Positions 10,206-18,879 of a DNA stretch of 64,000 bases are shown here, piece by piece. The stretch spans positions 2,187-66,186 of the forward strand of contig JBGVOM010000216.1 of the NCBI GenBank assembly GCA_045126515.1. Direction: 5' to 3'. Position numbers and translations under genes: made by a program. How positions within the stretch are numbered: the stretch's first letter is position 1; each line of letters starts with the position of its first letter. Origin of the DNA: Lachnospiraceae bacterium. Its GTDB lineage: Bacteria; Bacillota; Clostridia; Lachnospirales; Lachnospiraceae. The notes beneath the pieces were generated by a model. That model was not told where the DNA came from, did no database searches, and was given only the letters and a program-made list of their open reading frames with translations.

Positions 10206-11009
10206 ATGGACAGATTAAAAGGTAAGGTAGCTATTGTTACCGGTTCTACCAGTGGAATCGGCGTGGGGATTGCAAGGCTGTTTGCAGCGGAAGGTGCAAA
10301 AGTAGTTATTTGTGGACGTAGAAAGGAGAAGGGTCAGGCAGTAGTGGACAGCATTACGAAGGAAGGCGGAGAAGCTTCTTATCATTTTATGGATATTACA
10401 GCTACGGAAAGTATCGAAAAGCTCTTTGCAGATACTGCCCAAAAGTATGGAAAAATTGATATTTTGGTAAATAATGCTGCCAATGTAGGATTAAAAGATG
10501 GTCGCGTGGATGAATTAAGCCTGGAAATGTGGGATGCCGTTTTCCAGAGCGATGTAAGAGGTACATTTTACGCTACGAAGTGCGTACTTCCATATATGCA
10601 GAAAAATGAAACAGGAGGTTCCATTATTAATATTGGCTCCATGGCTTCCTGTGGCGGAGACCTGGGTTCCACAGCTTACGCCTGTGCTAAAGCTGGGGTG
10701 GATATGCTGACACAGTCTACAGCTTTACAGTATGGAAAACAGAACATCCGCTGTAACTGCGTACGTCCGGGATTAATTGTTACACCGGAGAATGAGGCTT
10801 ATGTGCCACAAGCTTTGAAAGATGTATTCCTGAGCAATATCATGGTGAATCGTTACGGATGTCCGGAAGATATCGGTCATATGTGCGTATACCTTGCGTC
10901 TGACGAGAGCGCTTATGTGAGTGGTCAGATTGTTAATGTAGACGGTGGTTTGAATTCCCATGTTTCTACGGTTGCCCAGTTTAGACAGATGAATTCCCGT
11001 ACGTGGTAA
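10206..11009 (+). CDS. SDR-family oxidoreductase
   Basis: Rossmann TGSTSGIGVGIA, catalytic YACAKAG (YxxxK), NNAA motif. Confidence 0.8.
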   Translation: MDRLKGKVAIVTGSTSGIGVGIARLFAAEGAKVVICGRRKEKGQAVVDSITKEGGEASYHFMDITATESIEKLFADTAQKYGKIDILVNNAANVGLKDGRVDELSLEMWDAVFQSDVRGTFYATKCVLPYMQKNETGGSIINIGSMASCGGDLGSTAYACAKAGVDMLTQSTALQYGKQNIRCNCVRPGLIVTPENEAYVPQALKDVFLSNIMVNRYGCPEDIGHMCVYLASDESAYVSGQIVNVDGGLNSHVSTVAQFRQMNSRTW

Positions 11010-11022
11010 AAGAAAAAAGCAA

Positions 11023-11062
11023 GGCCGCATATGTCATTATGACATATAGCGGTCTTTTTTGT
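11023..11062 (+). terminator. Rho-independent terminator
   Basis: Stem ccgcatatgtcat / atgacatatagcgg with one bulge, followed by tcttttttg. Confidence 0.6.
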
Positions 11063-11163
11063 TTGAAAAGAAGGTTGTTTGATTATTTTACATATGCTAC
11101 AATAGAAATACTAGTAATGCAGTCTAAACGCATATATTTTATTGGAGGGTTGGAGGAGCTAAG

Positions 11164-13482
11164 GTGAAAGATAATAAAATAACTGTGGGGGTTTTGATTG
11201 GAAATATTTGTGCCTCGCATTCAGATGATTTGCTGAACGGACTTGTTCACCGGGCAGCGGATTGCGATATACAGACTTTATTTTTTATGGGAGCGCATGC
11301 GAATTGTTTTGATGAGCTATATTATTATGAGGGAGGAAATAAGGAGCAAAAATATCTCTTTCAGTTCAATGCGGTATTTGATTATGCAAAATTAGGAAAG
11401 TTAGATGTGCTGATTATTGTGTACTCTACATTCTATTTATATATGGAAGAAGACAAAGAAGAATTTTTTGAACGTTTCAAAGATTTAAACGTACCGATTA
11501 TTATTGTAGGAGATGAATATAAAGATTATACCAGCGTAATATCAGACAACTGTGATGGAATCAGAAAATGTATGGAGCATCTTATGGAGCATGGGTGCAG
11601 AAAAATTGCATATTTGGGAGGACCAAAGGAAAATAACCGCGATGCGAAGGAACGTCTGGATGCATACTGTCAGGTAATGAAGGAACATGGTTTTGAGATT
11701 CAGGAGGAAATGATAGAATATGGGGATTATTCTGCAAATTCTGCGTCTCTTTTTGGAAAAATATTAGATAACAACCCGGGGGTTGATGCAGTGGTGTGTG
11801 CGAATGATACCATGGCTCTTTCCGGCTATGAGGAATGTAAAAAAAGAGGATTAATTCCGGGAACTGACATTGCAATTACGGGATTTGACGATATTCCGGA
11901 AGCAAAATCAGCCTTTCCTTCTTTGACTACAGTAGAACAGAATTCTTATGATCTTGGCTATGTGGCAATGAAAAAAGCAGTGGAATTGTGCCAGAATGGA
12001 AATTTAAAATCTGTTAAGGTTCCGGTGTATTTTAAACATAGAGAGTCTTGTGGCAGTGAGAAGAAAATAGAAGAAGTTTTTCAGGAAATTGCAAAAGAAA
12101 GCAGCTATGAAGAAATTGCCAAAAAATGTAGTGAGGCGGTTCTTCAAAAAGCATTTTTGTATAAAATCAGTATTGTAGAAGACAACAACATCCGTGAAGT
12201 GATATACCGGATATTTTATCATGTTTTGGATGTATATCTTGCCGAAGAAAATAAGGAATATGATATAGAATTTATTGATGTTTCTTTGCATACTCTGGTG
12301 AATTCCAAGAAGTTTGCGATTAATGATTTTGTCACGGAATTGTGCCGGCAGATGACAAATATTATCTTTTTGGGAAAAGAAAAAAACAGGAAAGGTAAGC
12401 TTTCAAGTTTGCTTCTTCATATTTTGGATTATATACAGACGGTTACAGTGATTGAAAGCAACAATAGAATAGATAATTTGCAGAGAAATATTTGGACCAC
12501 TCCGTTTATTACCAGAGATATGATTGCAAATATTGATGACAATATGCAGTTGTATGAATGTCTGATGGAACGTCTTAGATTCATGCAGGTTAATAATGCG
12601 TATCTATTTTTGCTGGATGAGCCAAAGATTAACCGTAGTATTCGGGATTGGGAATGTCCGGAGGAACTGAGTCTTGCGGCAAAGATTGAAAATGGTATTA
12701 TTTTGCACCCGGATGTTACTGAAAAATTGAATAAGGAAAAAGGATTTACTGATATTCTTTCATGGGAAGGCTGTAGAAATATGGCCGTTTATGCGTTGTT
12801 TGCAGGAAAGCGCATGTATGGAATACTGGCCTGTGAAATGACGGCAGATAATATTACAAGTATGTATAGTTCAAGTTTACATATAGGAAGTGCATTTCAG
12901 TTTATTGACCTGACTAAGAAGCAAAGAAAAATTCAGGCGGAACTTGAGCAGGCGATGACATCATTAAAAAGTAAGAACGATATATTGAATATGATGTCGG
13001 AAAAAGATGAACTTACCGGGTTGTATAACAGGAGAGGATTCTTGGAAAATGCAATGGTGACCATGGAAGGTGCAAAGGCATATTATCTTTTGTGTATTTA
13101 TGCGGATTTAGATCACTTGAAGCAGATTAATGACCAGTTTGGACATCAGGAGGGAGATTTTGCCATTAAACAGGCAGGACAATATCTCCAAGGCAGCTTG
13201 AGAAGCACAGATACCATCGGACGCATTGGTGGAGATGAATTTGCAGCACTTGCCGTGATTAAAAGTGAAAATATGGGAAAGGAAATCCGTGATCGCATTA
13301 TTTTAAATAGTAAATTATTTAACCAAAGTTCAGATAAGCCGTACTACATCGATTTGTCTATCGGTTATGCAGTATATAAATGGAGTGAAGATTTGGAACT
13401 GAATCAAATGCTTTCGGCAGCGGATTTGATGCTGTATGAGAGTAAAGCGAAAAAGAGAAAGGATGCAAGAAAAATGCCCTAA
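11164..13482 (+). CDS. Diguanylate cyclase with N-terminal periplasmic-binding-protein-like (LacI/PBP1-type) sensor domain
   Basis: 772 aa. The N-terminal roughly 300 aa resemble a LacI-type sugar-binding domain (VGVLIGNI, GCRKIAYLGGP). The C-terminus is GGDEF (GLYNRRGF, RIGGDEFAAL). No TM helices. Confidence 0.7.
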   Translation: MKDNKITVGVLIGNICASHSDDLLNGLVHRAADCDIQTLFFMGAHANCFDELYYYEGGNKEQKYLFQFNAVFDYAKLGKLDVLIIVYSTFYLYMEEDKEEFFERFKDLNVPIIIVGDEYKDYTSVISDNCDGIRKCMEHLMEHGCRKIAYLGGPKENNRDAKERLDAYCQVMKEHGFEIQEEMIEYGDYSANSASLFGKILDNNPGVDAVVCANDTMALSGYEECKKRGLIPGTDIAITGFDDIPEAKSAFPSLTTVEQNSYDLGYVAMKKAVELCQNGNLKSVKVPVYFKHRESCGSEKKIEEVFQEIAKESSYEEIAKKCSEAVLQKAFLYKISIVEDNNIREVIYRIFYHVLDVYLAEENKEYDIEFIDVSLHTLVNSKKFAINDFVTELCRQMTNIIFLGKEKNRKGKLSSLLLHILDYIQTVTVIESNNRIDNLQRNIWTTPFITRDMIANIDDNMQLYECLMERLRFMQVNNAYLFLLDEPKINRSIRDWECPEELSLAAKIENGIILHPDVTEKLNKEKGFTDILSWEGCRNMAVYALFAGKRMYGILACEMTADNITSMYSSSLHIGSAFQFIDLTKKQRKIQAELEQAMTSLKSKNDILNMMSEKDELTGLYNRRGFLENAMVTMEGAKAYYLLCIYADLDHLKQINDQFGHQEGDFAIKQAGQYLQGSLRSTDTIGRIGGDEFAALAVIKSENMGKEIRDRIILNSKLFNQSSDKPYYIDLSIGYAVYKWSEDLELNQMLSAADLMLYESKAKKRKDARKMP

Positions 13483-13639
13483 AATCAAGGATTGCAACTG
13501 CTAGTTGACAAATTTTTGAAGAAATGTCAGGCGCATTTGGTGGTTGTCAACCGACTTTTCTGGTATGGTAAGGATAACGATATCGAAAAAAAGACGTCAG
13601 AAAAAACGAAATATGAAAAATCAGAAAGGTGATGAGCAT

Positions 13640-14629
13640 ATGATATTAGGAGAAAAAATAGCATTACTTAGAAAGAAAAATAATTATTCACAAGAGGATC
13701 TGGCAAATGAATTGGGAATTTCCAGACAGTCCGTATCTAAATGGGAAAGTGGAAACTCTATTCCGGATTTAGATAAAATCATAAAAATGAGCAGTTTGTT
13801 TGGAGTAAGTACAGATTATTTGTTGAAGGATGAATTAGAAGAAGAAACGCCGTCTGAAACAGATGAAGTGGTGGAAGAAGGAAAAATAGTATCTTTAGAG
13901 GAAGCAAATAAGTTTTTGGAAGCAACACCTCAATTTGCCACTAAATTGTCTTTTGCTATATCCTTATTTATATTATCCCCAATAACTCTTATTATATTAG
14001 GAGGGATGGCAGAAGCAGGAATTGCTTCTATTACAGAGGATATGGCAGGCGGATTTGGAACTGCTGTGTTATTACTTTTGGTGGCTATAGGAACTGTAAT
14101 TATTGTAATGTCAGGTATTGCCTACAGCAAATATGATTATCTGGAAAAAGAAAAAATTGTATTACAGTATGGTGTAGCAGGAATCGTAACTAAGAAAAAG
14201 GCAGAATTTGCAGAAACTTTTCAGAGAAATATAGCACTTGGAGTAGGGATTATTATTGTAGGAGTTATTCCTTTGATGATTGCGGCAGGATTTGATGCCT
14301 CAGAATTTGTAGAGGTAGTATGTACCGGAGTTCTTCTGGCAGCAGTGTCCTTGGGAGTACATCAGATTGTATGGGCAGGTGTGATTCAGGGCAGTTTCCA
14401 GAAACTTTTGCAGGAAGAAGACTATTCAGAAGAAAACAAGGAATTAAAGAAAAAAACAGGAAGTTTTGCAGGAATTTACTGGTGTCTTGTGACAGCACTG
14501 TATTTGGGATTTACATTGCCAACCAATTCATGGTACAACTCATGGATTATCTGGCCGGTGGCTGGTGTGCTGTTTGCAGCATTAAACGGAATTTACACAA
14601 GTATTATTAAGAAAAATGAAAAAAAGTAG
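13640..14629 (+). CDS. XRE-family HTH regulator fused to polytopic membrane domain
   Basis: N-terminus MILGEKIALLRKKNNYSQEDLANELGISRQSVSKWESG is a Cro/C1 HTH. The rest is hydrophobic. ATG 13640 is more plausible than track start 13544, whose N-terminus is Lys/Arg-rich and looks like junk. Confidence 0.6.
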   Translation: MILGEKIALLRKKNNYSQEDLANELGISRQSVSKWESGNSIPDLDKIIKMSSLFGVSTDYLLKDELEEETPSETDEVVEEGKIVSLEEANKFLEATPQFATKLSFAISLFILSPITLIILGGMAEAGIASITEDMAGGFGTAVLLLLVAIGTVIIVMSGIAYSKYDYLEKEKIVLQYGVAGIVTKKKAEFAETFQRNIALGVGIIIVGVIPLMIAAGFDASEFVEVVCTGVLLAAVSLGVHQIVWAGVIQGSFQKLLQEEDYSEENKELKKKTGSFAGIYWCLVTALYLGFTLPTNSWYNSWIIWPVAGVLFAALNGIYTSIIKKNEKK

Positions 14630-15587
14630 AGAATTTATGAAAGAATGTGTGTTGTGTCCGCGCAAATGCAGAGTGAACCGAAATAACGGTCACACCGGCA
14701 TTTGCGGACAGACTGCGGAAATAAAGGTAGCAAGAGCTTCTCTCCATATGTGGGAGGAGCCTTGCATTTCAGGAGAACATGGCTCGGGAACTGTTTTTTT
14801 CTCGGGCTGTGCTCTCCATTGTGTTTTTTGCCAGAATCATAAGATAGCCAATGGTGATGACGGAAAAATTATTACCATACAGCGTCTGGCAGAAATTTTT
14901 CTGGAATTACAGGAAAAAGGTGCAAACAATATTAATCTGGTGACAGCAGCTCATTTTGTACCGCAGGTAGTGGAAGCTCTGCAGAAATCCAAAAGACAAG
15001 GGTTGTATCTGCCTGTTGTTTATAATAGCAGCGGTTATGAGGAAGTAGAAACTTTGCGGCTGCTGGAGGGATATGTGGATGTATATTTGCCCGATTTCAA
15101 ATATGTGGACAGCAAAATCAGTGAAAAATATTCTTCTGCACCGGATTATTTTGAAAAAGCAAAGAAAGCACTGCAGGAAATGGTGCGTCAGACAGGAACT
15201 ACGGAGTTTTATGATGAAAAGACAAGACGTAAGAAAATAGGTGTGGCAGAGTATCAGGAACGAAGTGAAAACGGAGAAAGTTTTATCATGACAAAAGGTG
15301 TGATTGTAAGACATTTGCTGTTACCGGGCTGCTTGGAGGATTCCAAAAGAGTATTAAAATATCTGATAAAAGAATATGGTGACAGTATATTTATAAGTAT
15401 CATGAACCAATATACTCCTTTGACTCATGTAAAAGAATATACAGAGTTAAACAGAAAAGTTACAGAGCAAGAGTATGAAGCGCTGTTAGACTATGCTATA
15501 GAGCTTGGAATTGAAAATGGATTTTTGCAGGAGGGGGATGTGGCAGCGGAAAGCTTTATTCCGGAGTTTGATGGCAGTGGAGTGTAA
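14616..15587 (+). CDS. Radical SAM protein, PflX/COG1313-like (PFL-activase homolog)
   Basis: CxxxCxxC cluster CALHCVFC, plus an extra N-terminal Cys cluster CVLCPRKC. Start could be 14637. Confidence 0.7.
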   Translation: MKKSREFMKECVLCPRKCRVNRNNGHTGICGQTAEIKVARASLHMWEEPCISGEHGSGTVFFSGCALHCVFCQNHKIANGDDGKIITIQRLAEIFLELQEKGANNINLVTAAHFVPQVVEALQKSKRQGLYLPVVYNSSGYEEVETLRLLEGYVDVYLPDFKYVDSKISEKYSSAPDYFEKAKKALQEMVRQTGTTEFYDEKTRRKKIGVAEYQERSENGESFIMTKGVIVRHLLLPGCLEDSKRVLKYLIKEYGDSIFISIMNQYTPLTHVKEYTELNRKVTEQEYEALLDYAIELGIENGFLQEGDVAAESFIPEFDGSGV

Positions 15588-15608
15588 AAATAGGGACTTG
15601 CAAGTTGT

Positions 15609-15640
15609 ATCGCGGTGTGATATAGTGTACACAACGTATA
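15609..15640 (+). promoter_or_regulatory. Sigma-70-like promoter (TTGCAA-17-TATAGT) for padR operon, overlapping inverted repeat tgatata-N-tatatca
   Basis: Read directly: ttgcaagttgtatcgcggtgtgatatagt. Confidence 0.45.
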
Positions 15641-15684
15641 TCATACTGCGATGTATTGTAGTGCGATAATAGGAAAGGGAAAAT

Positions 15685-15999
15685 ATGGAAGATAAAATTA
15701 AACGAATCTATGTTCCTATGACAGAAACTGGTTTCTATATTCTGTTTTGCCTGCAGGAAGAAATGCATGGCTACAATATTATTCAAAAAGTAAAAGAAAT
15801 GACAAAAGGAGAAATTGTCATAGGAGCAGGCACTATGTATGGAAGTCTTTCTAAAATGGAACGAGATGGGTTGATTCAATTTATCCGGGAAGAAGAAAAA
15901 CGAAAGCTATATAAAATCACAGAGCTTGGCAGGGAAGTTTTAGAAATTGAATTAAAACGGATTGAGCGATTGTATCGTAACAGCAAAGGAGAAGTGTAG
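15685..15999 (+). CDS. PadR-family transcriptional regulator
   Basis: 104 aa. The winged-HTH segment HGYNIIQKVKEMTKGEIVIGAGTMYGSLSKMERDGLI is typical of PadR. Confidence 0.75.
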   Translation: MEDKIKRIYVPMTETGFYILFCLQEEMHGYNIIQKVKEMTKGEIVIGAGTMYGSLSKMERDGLIQFIREEEKRKLYKITELGREVLEIELKRIERLYRNSKGEV

Positions 16000-16581
16000 A
16001 TGAGAGCTAATGAAGTTAAGAGAGAGATGCGTTTTTTTACTATAGCAGATTATAAAGAGGAAGAAATCTATTTAAGGGAACAGCATAAGAAAGGTTTTCG
16101 TTTTACAAGATTTGCATTACCTTGTTTTTATTATTTTGAAAAGTGCGAACCAGAGGACATAATATACCAGTTAGATTTCAGCGATGGAAAGAGTCAAGAG
16201 CAGGAATACAAACAAATATATCAGGATACCGGCTGGGAGTATCTTTTTGATGTAAATGGCTGGAGCTATTTTAGAAAACCTGCAGCAGAAACAAGTGGGG
16301 AGGAAGAAATATACAGCGACAAAGAATCTAAAGTAATGCATCTGGATAAAATAGTAAAGAGAAGAATGCTTCCGCTTCTGATGATATTTTTATGTTGTGT
16401 CATACCAAACTTTTTACGATATGCTTTAGATAGCGGAAATTTATTATTCAAGTATGGCTGGGGCGAAGCAGTGCTGACCATTTTCTGGTATGTGATGTTC
16501 TTTGCTTACGTTTGGATGGTGTCGCATTGTGTGAGAAAGCTGCATCGCATGAAAAAAGAGATGAACGACGGAAAAATATAA
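16000..16581 (+). CDS. DUF2812-like membrane protein (PadR partner)
   Basis: Coupled to padR (TAGATG overlap). The N-terminal soluble domain and two C-terminal TM helices match the usual PadR partner architecture. Confidence 0.55.
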   Translation: MRANEVKREMRFFTIADYKEEEIYLREQHKKGFRFTRFALPCFYYFEKCEPEDIIYQLDFSDGKSQEQEYKQIYQDTGWEYLFDVNGWSYFRKPAAETSGEEEIYSDKESKVMHLDKIVKRRMLPLLMIFLCCVIPNFLRYALDSGNLLFKYGWGEAVLTIFWYVMFFAYVWMVSHCVRKLHRMKKEMNDGKI

Positions 16582-16617
16582 GAACAGTAACTTGTTTTGA
16601 GGCTTGTTATGCACAGC

Positions 16618-16683
16618 TGCTAATATATACCGAAGCTTTCCGAGTAGGATTTGAACAGCTCGGAAAGCTTCGGTATATATTAG
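16618..16683. repeat. Perfect 26-bp-stem hairpin (gctaatatataccgaagctttccgag / ctcggaaagcttcggtatatattagc, 14-nt loop), imperfectly extended to ~110 bp
   Basis: Read directly. No U-tract follows it. Confidence 0.7.
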
Positions 16684-16720
16684 CGGCGTCCCTGACAACC
16701 TCAACCCTCTGAAAATATTT

Positions 16721-16749
16721 CTTGCAATTTCCCCCCACCTCAATTAATA
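16721..16749 (+). promoter_or_regulatory. Promoter TTGCAA-17-TAATAT upstream of ZTP riboswitch
   Basis: Read directly: ttgcaatttccccccacctcaattaatat. Confidence 0.5.
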
Positions 16750-16751
16750 TA

Positions 16752-16850
16752 GTAAGTAGAGTACACGACTGGCGGAAACAGGGATGACCTGGGTAGGATG
16801 ACCTACAGGGAGTGTATATACGAGAACAAGCCGACCGCCTGGGCAGACAC
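16752..16850 (+). ncRNA. ZTP (pfl-motif) riboswitch
   Basis: The conserved 5' element cgACTGGCGg and the 3' pseudoknot element CCGACCGCCTGGGCA are both present. GGCGG at about 16770 can pair with CCGCC at about 16835. It sits directly upstream of purO-purH, the canonical ZTP-regulated genes. Confidence 0.75.
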
Positions 16851-16880
16851 GGATAAGTGCGCTCAGGCGGTCTTTTTTCG
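16832..16880 (+). terminator. Riboswitch expression-platform terminator (gaccgcctg...caggcggtc + TTTTTT) overlapping pseudoknot strand
   Basis: Stem arms 16832-16840 and 16864-16872, then a T6 run. The arrangement is competitive with the ZTP pseudoknot, so ligand binding would turn expression on. Confidence 0.65.
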
Positions 16881-16933
16881 TATCTAAAATAAAAATCTAA
16901 AAACTCATTACAAAGAAAATCTGGAGGTACAAA

Positions 16934-17647
16934 ATGGAAATGTTATCATTGGAACAGGAACTGAAAAACAATGCATACCCGGGACGTGGTATTGTAATTG
17001 GTAAGTCAAAGGACGGCAAAAAGGCAGTGACAGCATATTTTATCATGGGAAGAAGCTCAAACAGCAGAAACCGTGTGTTCGTGGAAGAAGGCCAGGGAAT
17101 CCGCACAGAAGCTTTTGACCCATCGAAATTAGAAGACCCTAGTCTTATCATTTATGCACCGGTAAGAGTTTTAGGAAACAGAACTATTGTGACAAATGGT
17201 GACCAGACAGACACAATTTACGAAGGAATGGACAAAGAACTTACTTTTGAACAGTCCTTAAGATGTCGCGAATTTGAACCAGACGGTCCAAACTACACAC
17301 CTAGAATTTCTGGTGTAATGCACGTAGAAGGCGGAAATTACGATTACGCTATGTCCATTTTAAAGAGCAACAATGGTAACCCTGACTGCTGCAACCGTTA
17401 TACATTTACTTATGATAAGCCGGTAGCAGGAGAAGGACATTTTATTCATACTTATATGCATGATGGAAATCCACTTCCAAGTTTTGAAGGCGAACCAAAA
17501 TTAGTAGGAATCTCAGATGATATTGACGAGTTTACCAACTTAGTCTGGACAAGCTTAAATGAAGATAATAAAGTATCTTTATTCGTAAGATATATTGATA
17601 TTGAAACAGGAAACTACGAAACAAGAATTATCAACAAGAACAAATAA
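16934..17647 (+). CDS. purO: IMP cyclohydrolase, PurO-like
   Basis: 237 aa. The N-terminus AYPGRGIVIGKSKDGKKAVTAYFIMGRSSNSRNRVF looks like PurO-type IMP cyclohydrolase. It is adjacent to an AICARFT-only purH. Confidence 0.65.
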   Translation: MEMLSLEQELKNNAYPGRGIVIGKSKDGKKAVTAYFIMGRSSNSRNRVFVEEGQGIRTEAFDPSKLEDPSLIIYAPVRVLGNRTIVTNGDQTDTIYEGMDKELTFEQSLRCREFEPDGPNYTPRISGVMHVEGGNYDYAMSILKSNNGNPDCCNRYTFTYDKPVAGEGHFIHTYMHDGNPLPSFEGEPKLVGISDDIDEFTNLVWTSLNEDNKVSLFVRYIDIETGNYETRIINKNK

Positions 17648-17660
17648 AAGGAGAAAAAAT

Positions 17661-18839
17661 ATGAACGAAATTCAGTTAAAATACGGTTGTAACCCAAATC
17701 AGAAACCATCCAGAATTTACATGGAAGATGGAAGTGACTTACCAGTAAAGGTGTTAAATGGTAAGCCGGGCTATATTAATTTTTTAGATGCTTTTAATGG
17801 CTGGCAGTTAGTAAAAGAATTAAAGGAAGCAACAGGACTTCCGGCGGCAACTTCTTTCAAGCATGTATCTCCGGCAGGCGCAGCAGTAGGTCTTCCTTTA
17901 GATGATACTCTGGCAAAAATCTACTGGGTAGATGATTTAGGAGAGTTATCTCCACTTGCCTGTGCTTATGCAAGAGCCAGAGGTGCAGACAGAATGTCTT
18001 CTTTCGGTGATTTTATCGCTTTATCTGATGTGTGCGATGCTGATACTGCAAGATTAATTAAGAGAGAAGTATCTGATGGTGTGATTGCTCCGGGATATAC
18101 GGATGAGGCAATGGAACTGTTAATGCAGAAGAAAAAAGGAAATTATAACATTATCCAGATTGATCCTTCTTATGTACCGGCAGAATTAGAAAGAAAGCAG
18201 GTATATGGAATCACTTTTGAGCAGGGAAGAAATGAACTGGATATCAACGGTGACTTATTATCTAATATTGTTACAAAAAACAAGGAAATTCCGGAATCTG
18301 CATTAATTGATATGAAGATTTCTTTAATCACATTAAAATATACACAGTCTAACTCAGTATGCTATGTAAAAGGTGGACAGGCAATCGGTATCGGTGCAGG
18401 TCAGCAGTCCAGAGTACACTGTACCAGACTGGCAGGTCAGAAAGCTGACAACTGGTATCTTCGTCAGGCACCACAGGTATTAAATCTTCAGTTTGTAGAT
18501 TCTTTGGGACGTGCAGACAGAGATAATACCATTGATGTTTACATTGGTGATGAATACGAAGATGTACTTCGTGAAGGCGAATGGCAGAAACGCTTTAAGG
18601 TAAAACCTCCGGTATTTACCAGAGAAGAAAAGAGAGCATGGTTAGATGGGAATACCAACGTAACGCTTGGTTCTGATGCATTCTTCCCATTCTCAGACAA
18701 TATTGAGAGAGCTTACAAGAGTGGCGTAAAATACATTGCACAGCCGGGCGGTTCTGTAAGAGACGACCTTGTAATTGAATGTGCAGATAAGTACGATATG
18801 GCAATGGCATTTACAGGAATCAGATTATTCCATCACTAA
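17661..18839 (+). CDS. purH: AICAR formyltransferase (PurH AICARFT-domain-only form)
   Basis: Begins MNEIQLKYGCNPNQ and contains KHVSPAGAAVG, typical of the AICARFT domain. ATG 17661 follows AAAGGAGAAAAAAT. Confidence 0.75.
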   Translation: MNEIQLKYGCNPNQKPSRIYMEDGSDLPVKVLNGKPGYINFLDAFNGWQLVKELKEATGLPAATSFKHVSPAGAAVGLPLDDTLAKIYWVDDLGELSPLACAYARARGADRMSSFGDFIALSDVCDADTARLIKREVSDGVIAPGYTDEAMELLMQKKKGNYNIIQIDPSYVPAELERKQVYGITFEQGRNELDINGDLLSNIVTKNKEIPESALIDMKISLITLKYTQSNSVCYVKGGQAIGIGAGQQSRVHCTRLAGQKADNWYLRQAPQVLNLQFVDSLGRADRDNTIDVYIGDEYEDVLREGEWQKRFKVKPPVFTREEKRAWLDGNTNVTLGSDAFFPFSDNIERAYKSGVKYIAQPGGSVRDDLVIECADKYDMAMAFTGIRLFHH

Positions 18840-18879
18840 AATAATACGTAGAAATTGATTAATTGATAAGGGGTATAAC

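Noticed and set aside
13503-13553. 8-bp inverted repeat gttgacaa/ttgtcaac with 28-nt spacer, as a terminator
   Set aside because: The loop is too long and there is no U-tract. It is more likely an operator for the downstream XRE regulator, if functional at all.
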